Source: Selaginella moellendorffii (taxonomy: Eukaryota; Plantae; Lycopodiophyta). Taken from it: a stretch of 64,000 nucleotides of DNA. Made by a program: the position numbers and the translations under genes. This document shows positions 13,518 to 25,789 of the stretch, piece after piece; positions within the stretch are counted from its first letter, which is position 1; every line of letters begins with the position of its first letter. Below the pieces are notes generated by a model, which was given only the letters and a program-made list of their open reading frames with translations, was not told where the DNA came from and ran no database searches. The stretch is taken from assembly GCF_000143415.4 (NCBI RefSeq), contig NW_003314310.1, positions 552,611 to 616,610 on the forward strand, written 5' to 3'.

Positions 13518-16500
13518 CTCCCACATGTCATGTGTTGGCCCTTTTGGGTCCCTTTTTAGAGCCTCGCCTTTTGCTCGCTTCGTGCTCGTTCCTCGAGCAC
13601 TTCGTTGGGAGTTTCACTCCCGCTCTTGACTTTTCAAGTCGGAGCTTTTGGTCCAAACGTGTTACGCTCGTTTGGCTCTCGCTTCGGCCACTACCATGTG
13701 GCGCCCTTCCGGCTCCACTTTGGGGCCTAGGGATTTTGTGTCTCACAACTCCACCACCCATAGACGAAGTTCGATGTCCTCATCGAACGGTGAACCATTT
13801 TATAAAGTAACACCCGCATGTGTTACCATTTCCATCCTTGGCGCGTAGCCAATATTTGTCAATGGTGTGACCTTGAAGGCTCACCATGCCTTCTCCATAT
13901 TCGTCAATGGTTGGACATTGAAGGCTCACCATGCCTTTTGCATATCCTCTAAGGAGGGTAGTCTCTCCAACTTAGAGACTGATTGGACCACATATACTGG
14001 TTCTCTCCTTTTATTGGTTTAGTTCTCGCTAAACCTCTTAGAGACCCTTCTCTAAGTCAATCCCACTACTCTTTCTCGAGTAGTCTTAATTTCCATCGAT
14101 ATAACCTTTGCACTTTAGAACTTTGAATTTTGACTTCTTGGAGTCAATTTCCTAGGTGTCTCCGACATCTTGCCTTGCACCTTTTGTGCAACTCCACTTC
14201 CCATCCTAGGAAGTTCTCTACTCGAGGGCACCATCATCCTTTCTTCTATTTCGTGCCAAAGTTCCAGTTATCATACTTTGTGCTAGGGCTGTTCATGGCC
14301 CTATCATTTGGCTACCTTACCGCTCCCTCCCTTGGAGCTTCCACTTTCGCCAAATCGGAGCATTTCGGAATCCCTCCTTGGAAACACACTTCCTTTCCCG
14401 CAACTTGTTAGCGTCCAACACATTAGTGTTCCTCGCCTAACTTTGTCACTTGGATTCCTTCCAAGGGATTCCATGGCCCTATCTTGGCCACTCATCTTTT
14501 GCTCCTATCCGTTGATTGTTGCACCAAGCACCATCGAATCTCTACCTCCCTCCTTGAGGTATTGTTTCGGTTCCATAGCAAAGACTCTTCTTTGCCAAGT
14601 CCGAAGGATGTTCACCCCTAGTACGTCTCTTTAGCATCTTCTGCTATGGGCTCTATCCACGGCCCAACTTCGTGACCCTCCCATGGGTCTTTTATAGAGA
14701 CTACTTTCCTCGGACTCACTATGCCATCGCACGGACATAGTTTATTTCCCTTAGGTGCTCTTCCCACTTGGTCATCACGACCAAGCCACACCACCTTAAA
14801 CAGTTCAATTTCAACATTTTGAACCAGGAACTTCATTCCTTAGCCAACCAAGGACCTTGTCCTTATCTGGCCATAAGATCAACTGGTGATCTCACCTTGG
14901 CACCTTAACAGAGTTGCCAAGAGGTACTTGGTCTTCTAGATCTCCAAGTTGTTGACTATAACCCCGGGGGCATCCCCCACACTTGGCGGTGCACCCAAGC
15001 TAGCCCTTACGGCCAAGGGTTCATAGCAACTGAGATTAGGTGTCCCCATCTCACTCACCACGACCTTGGTGCCACTTGCACCAAAGTGGTCAAGTTAGAT
15101 ATGCTGAGCTTTCACACTAAGCAATCTAACCGTGCATCACGACTCCGAGGCATCCCTCGCTTGGCAATGTGCCCAAACCAGTCTCCCCACTGAGAGTCCA
15201 TGACCACCGAAATATGAGTGTCCTCATATTCCAAACCATCACCACGCCCTAGTGATTTGGGACTCGAACCCAAGCACTAGAGGGTCGGGACTCGAACCCA
15301 ACCTCCATATATGCATCTACGGACGGCATCACACAAGATGCCTGGCGTGACTCCCCACGCCGGTGCACCAACTTATTTTTAAAGTGTGCTACAGATCACA
15401 GTTTAGGAACCTAGTTCCTCCACACTGCCAAGTCCTCTCACTTGACATGTCTGTGATCATGCATGCACTCTTCCATGCTCGGCCCCATGGCCCACCCTTT
15501 TTGAAGTTATCACCTTCAACTAGGGTATTTGTTCCCCCGACGTGCCAATCTCGCTTGGCAAGTCCTCCGACCACTGTAACATGGTTCCTGCATAAGCGTG
15601 AAAGTCCTTGACCATCGACTTTCGTTCAAAGCCCTCTCTTTGAACACTCGGGAACTACTTCCCTAACCTTGATAACCTTGCCTCATGGCAAGCTTCAAGA
15701 CCACGCTTCTGCTGCGCCACTCTGATTTCGCGCGTTCCATGAACCATTTACACTTGGCATTTCTAGGTACTAAGCTACCTAAAATCGTCTTTGGGAACCT
15801 TGAAGGAACTCTGTCCCTCAGCTTGCTAAGGCCTCCCTTTTTGCAAGCCTTCTAAATGCCACCTAGTCTAACATGGACAATTCCATATTTTAGACTCTCC
15901 ATGGCATCACGGTTGCTAGCGGCAACACCCTCGAGCCCCCACTTGATTCTCCACTCCCAACTGGCATAACCAACCTTGATTATGCCCTTTGATTCCTACG
16001 GTTCGGTTCTATCCCCTTACTTCTTGCTTTTTGGCTTCACACCTTTCCTTTGGTCATTCTCCTCTAGACCAGGAGGATAGCTTTGCACTTTCTATCATGC
16101 TTTAGCAAGTATTCTTAGGGATGAACCTACCCAATAGCCTAGGGAGTGGTTCCTCAATCCGGGTATGCTCACCTTATAATCCCACACACTGGGATTACAT
16201 TGTTGCTTATGGGCCTTTACATGCCCATCACTAGCCTTGCCAAAATTCCATTTTTGGTTTTGTCCAACTCGGGTAGACAGTCCTCTCCTGTCTCCGTAAC
16301 CTTGGACATTTGGATAGCACCTTCTATCCATCATTCGCTAGGGACTTAGCCCCTTGGGCTTTATCCATTGCCCTCGCGACATCAAACAGCACCTTCTGGT
16401 GTTCTAGAGTGTTCGGGTGTCCCAATGATGGCTTTTTGACAATGAGTATTTCCTTTTATGACATTGACTTATTATATCGCAACACAAGCAACTTATCCCC

Positions 16501-18847
16501 CGTAAGGGTATATCCAACTTCCCTATGCTATTAAGAAGTCTTGGGTAGCTACTTTCTACCCGTTTAACCAGTTATTTTGCACCTCTTGCTTAGTTGCCTC
16601 ATAGTTGTCAAGTCCTACAACTCATTGCTTGGTGCTTTCACACCTCCATCATTATCTGGGTCACCACACTCCAACTGCATGCTCTGCAGCTTAGGCTATG
16701 CCATTCCCATTTCCATTGGGATTCCTTTGGCAAGGGGTTCTCATGAACCCACCAACATAGCCTCAAGGTATCACACCTTGGCACATTTGGTGTCTCCACA
16801 CCATCGGCTCCACGAGCCTACCTCTATGACATTTCCCCTTGTGTCTAAGTCTTTGCCAAGACCAACACCGCTCTTTCTCATGCCAACCATCCGTTAGCAC
16901 TGCACCATAGAGGTCACACACAACTCTATGTCAAAGTTGTTTTCTTCTGGGAACACCTTTCCCATAACTTTAGCATGGCACATTTTGCCATCGATGAGAT
17001 ACCCTCTGTTCTCATCCTTAGATCCTATGATCCCCCCCCCCATCCTTTGTGGGGTACAACACACCTCAGTCCAAATGCTTCCATCAGTCCTTTTAAGACC
17101 ATCCGTTGACTCTACTTAAGTCATCCAGCAGTTTTGGACTTGGTTAATCCACAGACCCGTAAGGTCCTACTTGTGAGGCACTAGCTCACTGGAATACACT
17201 TCTTGCATTCCTGTCCTACTCAAAAGGACTATTTTCACAAGTGTTACTCCGACACTTGATTTTGTTCTCTGGGGGCAACCTTTGCCCCTTAGGACTACTT
17301 GTCCATGTGATGAGAACACCAACTCATCCACTTAATACACCCCCAACTCCTTGGGTTGTTCCAGCATTTATTAGAGGTAGCCCCGGCTACCTTTTCAAGG
17401 ACTTGAGTCCTCTTCCGTATTTGACCTCCCACGGTCATTACTTCTGGTCTCACATTCATGAGCACCAACCTCAACTATATGAGAAAAATCTTGTGACTCC
17501 TTTATTGCTTTGGAGTCTTTATCTTTCCCGTGATCCCAACTGTAGTTGTTTACCACAACTACATTAGCCAGTTTGCTAAGTCAAACGCTCATCTGGATCA
17601 CATCCTCAACTCTTTGAGGAAAACCATATACTGTTCCCAAGATCCCAAAGTCGTTCCATTATTGGCCCTTTTCTATCCACCACCTCGTCTACAAGTTCAC
17701 ACATGAACTGTAATGGAGAGCCATGTCTTCCCGACTTGCTACTCCTCAAGGATAGGCCCACTCCTCGGACCTTCCGATGCCAACACTAGTGGTGATATAC
17801 TTGAGCACCAATAAAAGTCGGACTAAGGAACAGCTCCAATACCAAATTGTAAACGACTAAATTTTCCATTCTACTTTAGTCACTTAACCACACCTCTGAC
17901 CACTTGGAGGAATCTCATTCACAACCTCCATAAGTCCAATCCAGGACTTGGGACTTGCTAGCCCCGAGAATGGCATCCATGCCACTCAACATTTGCACTT
18001 GGTCCAAGTGCTCCACATGTCCGTTCCCATGACCGACACTCAAAGGTACCACCGACATAGCAGCCCATTACGCTAAGGCCATGCCCAATCACCTTTGCCA
18101 CACTGGTAGTCCAATACCACTTGCATCACCGTCTTGGCTCTCCAAGACTAGGCAAACCATCCGTGAGTGGTCATCTCAGATCCACTCCTTAGCATCCTTA
18201 GGATGCCCACCGACAAGGGGAATAACTTTCCCCAATATCCCTCTGTCAGTCCCCACTAAGTCCCTTTCTGCCCCTGGCCGTGTTTGCCAACACTGCCATT
18301 GGATCGAGACCCACAGGCCCGACCACTAAGTCCCACGGTCCTCTGGGACTTCCTCACCACACGACTGTGTCCTTGGTCACTACCCCAGAGGACTGCTCCT
18401 CTTCCTTTCCACAGTCTGGGCCTTTGGGACAACATTTCGGAACACCGTGGCCTTACGCAAGCCACCTGGGTACTCTCCTCGCCTTCTGCCCTTGGGTGCT
18501 CTAGCCATGGGCTTAGAGCGGGTTCCGTTGAGCCACACCAGGTATCCAAGTAGGTAGTGCCACCCACACTTGGACTGGGAGCATCGGCCAGTCGATCTCC
18601 CGGGGGAACTAGAGCCGGCTCTTGAACACTTCACCAAGCTACCCCACTTGTCGGTCCGTGTTCACTCTAGTCTTGGACTTCCCAGTGGGCAGCTCATCAC
18701 CCAACACTGGGTCCGGCCTTCCTGGGCCAAACTGGCCTTTCCTGGCCAAACTGGCTCCACTACAGTCCTCCCCCTACTATACTTTTGGAGCTCACCAAAC
18801 CCCCCAGGGTCTGGGAGACGAACGCTTTGGGCTTTCACCCTCTCAGG

Positions 18848-19384
18848 CTCCAGACTCGGACTCGGACTCGGACTCGGACTCGGACTCGGGCTCGGGCTCG
18901 GTCTCGGCCTCGGCCTCGGTCTCGGTCTCGGTCCCGATCTCGGTCTCGGTCTCGGCTTCGGACTCCATCTCGGACTCCATCTCGGACTCCATCTCGGACT
19001 CCATCTCGGACTCCAGCTTGGACTCCATCTCGGGTCCATCTCGGGTCCATCTCGGACTCCATCTCGGACTCCATCTCGGGTCCATCTCGGACTCCATCTC
19101 GGACTCCATTTCGGGTCCATCTCGGGTCCACCTCGGACTCCATCTCAGACTCCATCTCGGACTCCATCTCGGGTCCATCTCGAACTCCACTTCGGACTCC
19201 AACTCGGGTCCATCTCGGGTCCACCTTGGACTCCACTTTGGACTCCATCTCGGACTCCATCTCGGGTCCATCTCGGACTCCACTTCGGACTCCAACTCGG
19301 GTCCATCTCGGACTCCACTTCGGACTCCAACTCGGGTCCATCTCGGACTCCACTTCGGACTCCAACTCGAGTCCATCTCGGACA
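18848..19384. repeat. Same tandem array inside the 5' LTR of C, one 12-mer shorter
   Basis: Directly visible. Confidence 0.95.
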
Positions 19385-22300
19385 CTCCCACATGTCATGT
19401 GTTGGCCCTTTTGGGTCCCTTTTTGGAGCCTCGCCTTTTGCTCGCTTCGTGCTCGTTCCTCGAGCACTTCGTTGGGAGTTCCACTTCCGCTCTTGACTTT
19501 TCAAGTCGGAGCTTTTGGTCCAAACGTGTTACACTCGTTTGGCTCTCGCTTCGGCCACTACCATGTGGCGCCCTTCCGGCTCCACTTTGGGGCCTAGGGA
19601 TTTTGTGTCTCACACTGGTCACATCACCCGCCTCTCTGTCGATATTCCTTATTCCGTTTAAAAGGGCGTGACCATGTAAACAACTCTAATTACCTATTTA
19701 TAGTAGTCTATCTAAACCTTACCAACAGGTTTGGTTTCTTTGCTTGGGAGGGTTGGGGCCTCTAGCTTCTTTCTCTATGCCACCTGCGAGCAGGGGCATA
19801 TCACACTTTTGTAAGCTAGGTGACACTCAGAGCAACAAGGGTGGCTAACTCCGTTAGTCATTTCCTTATCGGCGATGGCCGGAAGGTGTCTGAGCTGGTA
19901 GTGCATCCGCGTTAAACAAAGAAGTTGCCTCCTAACTCATTTAAGTTGGTGCATTTCTCACATAGTGTGAATACTATGAACTTTTTCTGGAGGTATTTCC
20001 TTGGTGGTATTCTAGACTGGAGTATGCATCGACAAGGACGTCAATCTTCTCTAAGGGGGGAGAGTGTCGTGAATGTGACTTTAGGTATCAAAAGTTACCT
20101 GTCGACTAATCCTTTGGGATATTCTTTCCTTACTGCCATGACGGCAGGAGGTCGGTATTGCTGGATCCTTTATTAGTCTCTGCCTAAGCTAGTTGAGAAA
20201 CTGGTCTTCATATGTGCACTTGACCAGATGAGCATAAGGACGGAATTCCTAAGTGCTATTAGTCAAGCATACTTGACCTAGTTAGAGAAACTCATTCATT
20301 GACTTGCACTTGCTAGTGTTGGGAACCCCCACAATATTGAGCTTGGTCCCTTAATATTCACAAGATGTTAGCTTACCGTGTTTGCCAAACACCCTCGCTA
20401 TCATGCCCTTTGTGTTAGTCTTATTTCGGTCCCAAATGCTATTTATGGAAAGTGTCCAAATTCACTCATTTGGCATATCTACAGAATGTAGAGATTGTCC
20501 TGAACATAATGGTGTTTGTCCCATGTCCAAATTCGCAATCTAAGGATATTCCATATTTAGTAAGTTTCAAGCTTGTCCCAGAGACTAACTTCTGATACTA
20601 AGGGAGGTTTGGAGTGAAAGCCCAAAGCGTGTGTTCCTCGCAGGGGGTGGGGATATGCGGGGTTTCAAATGTATAGTAGGGATAGTGGGTAGGTCAGGCA
20701 TGGCTGACCAATCTGAGGCATAGTCTAGCTCCTACTTGCGTGCCTGTCCTTGTTTTGCGTGTTGGGTTTAAACCCAAGTTCCACACTATGCTAGCTAGTG
20801 GAGTACCCATGTCCTTGCGTTATGACACCGGTATATTGAAATAATGCCAGATTCTGTTTGTCTTCGTTTTGTGTGCTGGTCCTGGCATTGGGATGCTGGT
20901 TGCTCTAAGACTGTTCTAAGTCGCTCCAGGCTCCTGTTCCTATGCTCCTTGGGCTATACACTCAGGAGTCATTTCGTGCTCCAATGCCATTGCTCATTGA
21001 CTCCATGCTTGGGAGTTTGGCACCGTTCCTTCATTCAGTGGCCCAAAGCCCTGAAATTCGGGTTCCACACCACTGTCCTTTGGACACATGGCATGTAGCA
21101 CATAGCATGTGACATGTGGCACATGGAGGGCTTAGGTTTTACTTCCGTGGTTATTCTATGGTAAATCACTATAGGATAAAGGGTAAAAACCACGTGCACT
21201 ACAAATAACAAATAAAAGTCAAAGAGATCAATATACTTCTACGTAAGTTAGTCCATTGCTATAACACAAATATTGTATAAGTGATCTGAAAAAGGAAGAG
21301 ATGAACAAAAAGTAAATATAGTAGGAAGTAATAATAAGACAAAAGATACCAAATCGGTATTACTAGACCCTTTATTAGTCTCTCTTATTCAAGTGTTAGT
21401 AAACTGAATTTAACATTTATCCTTAGCCAGATGAGCATAAGAAAAGAATTCCTAAGTGCCTATTTAACCAAACATACTTAACCTGGTTTGCTAGTTCTCT
21501 ATTTGTTTTATCTTGCACTCACTTGACAAGAACCTTTATTATAGTGAGTTTTGTTCCTTAATACTTGCTAAGTGATAGCTTACCATATCTATCAAAACAT
21601 TTTTATTATCATTCTCCATATATTGGTTCTATTTGGTCTTATTTACTATTTATGGAAAGTGTCTAAATTTATTAGTTAGGCATAGCAATTGAATGTAAAG
21701 ATTGTCCTAAACACAATAGTGTATTCACAATTTACAAATTCACATTGTCCAAATTCACAATCTAACATTATTCTATATTTAATAATTTTTTATGATTATC
21801 CTAGAGACTAACTCTTATGAGTGGGGTGAAAGCCCAAAATGTATGTTCCTCGAAGGTGGGTCAAACCCAAACTTTATATCACGCTAACTAGTGGAGTACC
21901 TATATCTTTGTATTAAACCACTGGTATGTTGAAATAGTGCTAAACTCTATTTGTCCATTTTGCATGTTGATCCTAACAATGGGATGTTAGATTGTTCTAA
22001 TGACATACCATGCTCTTATCCTTTCACTCTTTGGGCTATTATGAGTTGTATTGTGCTCCAGTTCCTTGCATTTGGTTAAACTCTATAAAAGTAATGAGTT
22101 ATCTCTAATCTTGACTTAATTTTGGTAGTCTTACACCTTAATTAAGGATGGTGATGTTCAATTTGATTGTTTGTGGTTGAAATGTTAGTACCAGTATTAT
22201 AGCCTTGTCTATTAAGAACATATATAAGTCCATCTCATAGTCTTTACTTTAATTTTAACTAAGTGTTAATTATTCATAACTAGCCTATTAAGTTTTTTGG

Positions 22301-24587
22301 TAGTGCTTAGAGTTATTGGCTAGATGTGTTAATAGGCTTATTACTGTATAATTGGATTCAAGTAGTCATTTTATCCATATTTGTCAATGATCCTTTATGT
22401 TGTATATGAAGTGTTACCTTTCTATTAGGCAGATATATGATATAATGACTTGAGTTTAGTATTTGGGTTTTGTGAAGGTAAGTTGAAGAATAATTATTGG
22501 TTTCTTTATGAGTAGTGATTGCTTGTAGAAGACTATTAACACTTACTTCACTTAATAATGATTTAATGATGATGGGCTTGCTTATTGGATAATATTGTGG
22601 AGGATTATGTCATTGGCTTTGTATAGTTTTTCCATTTTACCACTTTGTTTCCATCTTTTATAAATGTTGTTTGGTTGCATTTAGTCTAGTGTTGAATTGC
22701 ATTAATTCTTAGATATAGTGAATTAGTTCTTGGTGATGTATTAGCTATAGCAGAGTGTTGTTGAAAGATTAGTCTTGAATATTGAATAAAATATTTTCAA
22801 CCTTGGTTAACTTGGTTGTTAGAGAGCATTAAGTAATGGTTCACTTTTGCTTTCTAATAGCTTGTTCTAGTGTTAAAGTGATGCCTTGACTTTGACATTA
22901 TTAGCATTGAGATTAGAGTGGGATGAAATGTTTCTCCATAGGCATACTGAAGAAGTTATATTTTCCATCTGTAGTGATATAGGTGTTGGTGATTAGTTGG
23001 GCCTATTGGAGATTGATATTTCATTTTGCTAATCTTGATGAAAATTATATTAATAATTGACTATGAATTTTATATCATTAGCATTCATTCATTTTGCTAG
23101 TTAGCAAGTTTGGTGGCATTCAAATGAATTGAGTGGTAAGTTAAGTTAATTATATTCTAGATGAGACTGTTTAGTAAAGGTTGAGCTTTGGCTTTTCCTT
23201 GAAATATGATTTAATCATGGACTATGTTATCTTTGCAAGAGGAAAAGTTAATGATCAATTGAAGTTAGATCCTTATTAGAATTGTGTTGAGGTTATATCA
23301 ATTATTAATGATTCTTTTTGTGCTTGTAATTAAGTGCGTTATCTCTTGACATAGAAGATAGATTCATAGAAGATTGTTTAATGATCATAACTTTATTATA
23401 TTTGACTTTTAGATTGATGTAAATATACTCTTCCTTAGGTTTTGCATTATAATGTTTAGATTATAGATGTGTTGAGGAGGATATTATATGTTGTACCATG
23501 ATTAATTTTTTGGCATTAAAGTTGGTTTATATGAGATTCATAATCATTGATAAGCAAGACTTGGTTACTTCTAGCTTTTGGTTTTTTGAGTTTTCATGCT
23601 CATTGTTCCATTTATTAAAAGTTGTTAAGGAAAGCATTTTTTTTATTAGTTCTGATATTTATATTGGTATTTTACATCTGGAGATAATTAGTGATGATCT
23701 AGGATAATTAATTATCCTTGTCAAAGGTTTGGTTAAGTATTGTTGCTATTAAATGATTTTATATTCTCTAAGATAGTGGATTACTTCTTCAACAATAATT
23801 ATGTATCTCTTTATTGATGGGATGATTGATGATCTTTCATAATAGTTAAATATTTTCTTAAATAACTTTTAACTTTTTGTATTACCACATATTCTTTGTT
23901 GTTTGCGTTAGATTAATTTTATAGGTTTGAGATATTAGTAGGCTGTTACTAACACTTATTGAAGCAACTTGAGTTCCTTAATATGGTTGACTGGGACCTA
24001 TTGAAATTAACTAGTGTAGTGGTTGGTATAAATGAGTGTTTGTTAGCCCTTATGACATTTATTTTATTCTGTTGATTATTATTAAAGTTGGTTCTATTAG
24101 ATTAGGATGTTATTTCCTTCAGAGATACATTTGTGAGTATTTTAGTTGTTTAATTGATAATACTTTGTGTTCTTTGAACTATCTTCTGTAAGTTGTTTAG
24201 TATGTTATCTATAATATGTAGTAGTTCTATTTTATCATTAAGTTTCCTTGATAATATCCTTAGTATCAAATTTTATTGGATGGTTTATTCTATATTTTTA
24301 AATTATTATGATCTTAATGGTTCTTATATATTGGATGATAAATCACTTGGAGTACTTTTATGTTCCAATATCGGACTTATTCACTAATAATTTAGTCTTT
24401 AAGATATCATTGTCTCTGACTTTGATATTATACATCTATTGATCTTTGGGTTTGGGCCAATATAGGCAAATTGGCTTTGGCACTTTATATGCATGATAAA
24501 ATCTTTAGTCATAGGGTAATTATTATAGACTGGTTATATCACCCACCTCTCTCTCTCAATATTCCTTATTCTGTTAAAATGTGTAAA

Positions 24588-25074
24588 TGTTAGGCACCAG
24601 GTCAAGATAATAGGATAAGGAAAGGGCCCTACAATCAAGTGATCACCCCTTTAGCCAGTTGGCTTAGGGTGTAAGGGATAGGATCCTAACATTGGTATCG
24701 GAGCCCAGTTTGATTCTCGTGGCTGACGAGTGGGGCAGGAATATTCTGAAGGAATATTCAACATGGTGGATCTAGAGGGAGAACCAAGGTTTGGTAGACC
24801 CTAAGAGAAGGACCATGGTGACCAGATGGTGGCCTAAGTATGATCGCGGACGATCATTCCCTGACGAGGGGGAGGATTGTTAGGCACCAGGTCAAGATAG
24901 AAGGACCATGGTGACCAAATGGTGGCCTAAGTATGATCGCGGACGATCATTCCCTGACGAGGGGGAGGATTGTTAGGCACCAAGTCAAGATAATAGGATA
25001 AGGAAAGGGCCCTACAATCAAGTGATCACCCCTTTAGCTAGTTGGCTTAGGGTGTAAGGGATAGGATCCTAACA
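24588..25074 (+). mobile_element. TRIM with 104-bp LTRs
   Basis: LTRs 24588-24691 and 24971-25074 (TGTTAGG...CCTAACA), PBS TGGTATCGGAGCC, PPT GAGGGGGAGGAT, TSD GTAAA/GTAAA. Confidence 0.95.
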
Positions 25075-25393
25075 GTAAATAACTCTAATTGTCTATTTAT
25101 AATAGTCTGTTTACACCTTACTCATGGGTTTGGTTTGTTTACTCAAGAAGGTTGAGGCTTTTGACTTCTCTCTTTATATCACTTATAGGTAAAGGCATAT
25201 CATTTTTTATAAGTTAAGTGACATATAGAGCAGTATGAGTGGCTGACTCTATTGGTCATTTCCTTGTCAACAACAGTTGGAAAGTGTCTGAATGGTAGCT
25301 TATTTATGTTAGATAAAGAAGTTCTCTCATAACTTATTTAAGTTGGTGCATTTCTCACAAAATATGAATATCACAAACTTTTCCTTAAGTTTT

Positions 25394-25542
25394 TGTAATG
25401 CATGTGATCATGGGATGAGATTTAGATATACTATCACTGTAGATCCTTAAAAACTTAGGGGATAAATAGGGATAAGATAGCCACTAAAGGCTCTTTCATC
25501 AAGCAATTCCCCTTTTCTAGTTAACTTAAGGGGAGGGAAATA
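25394..25542 (+). repeat. Solo LTR of the TRIM family found at 50158-51097
   Basis: Homologous to 50158-50316, flanked by GTTTT/GTTTT, and absent from the paralogous position in element B. Confidence 0.8.
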
Positions 25543-25789
25543 GTTTTGGTGATAGTCTAAACTAAATCATGCATTGACAAGGATGTCAATCTTCTCTAAA
25601 GGGGGGGGAGTGTTATGAATGTAACTATGGGTATTGAAAGTTATTTATCAACAAGTCTTTTTAGATATTTTCCCTTACTACCACAATAGCAGAAAATTGG
25701 TATTACTAGACTCTTTACTTGTTTGTCTTGTTCAAATGTTAGTAAGTTGGACTTAGCATCTGTATTTAGTTAGATGAGCATAAAGAAGG

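Larger units (their letters stand above)
11969..19614 (-). mobile_element. LTR element C: recent non-autonomous gypsy derivative with ~1.77-kb LTRs
   Basis: Near-identical LTRs at 11969-13747 and 17848-19614. PBS TGGTATTGGAGC on - at 17833-17844. PPT TGGGTGGTGGAGT on - at 13748-13760. TSD CGGGT/CTGGT. The empty site is visible in the paralog near 24530. Confidence 0.95.
6469..21203 (+). mobile_element. LTR element B, non-autonomous (LARD-like), containing nested element C
   Basis: LTRs 6469-7467 and 20065-21203 (TG...CA), TSD AATAA/AATAA, PBS TGGTATCAAAGC at 7470, PPT AAGGGGGGAGAG ending 20064. No intact gag-pol. Confidence 0.9.
21352..25787 (+). mobile_element. LTR element F: older, AT-eroded copy of family A/B
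   Basis: LTR remnant 21352-~22060. The interior is collinear with 9440-11968 plus 19620-20064. PPT AAAGGGGGGGGAG precedes a truncated 3' LTR at 25611-25787. Confidence 0.85.

Noticed and set aside
12691-13810. Overlapping 186-355 aa ORFs on both strands (SD-, GL- and RS-rich), repeated at 18570-19671
   Set aside because: Artefacts of a stop-free hexamer array inside LTRs; not adhesin- or SR-like genes.
24721-24970. Hammerhead ribozyme or retrozyme suggested by CTGACGA motifs
   Set aside because: No correctly placed GAAA and helices were found; two of the motifs are simply the start of the PPT.
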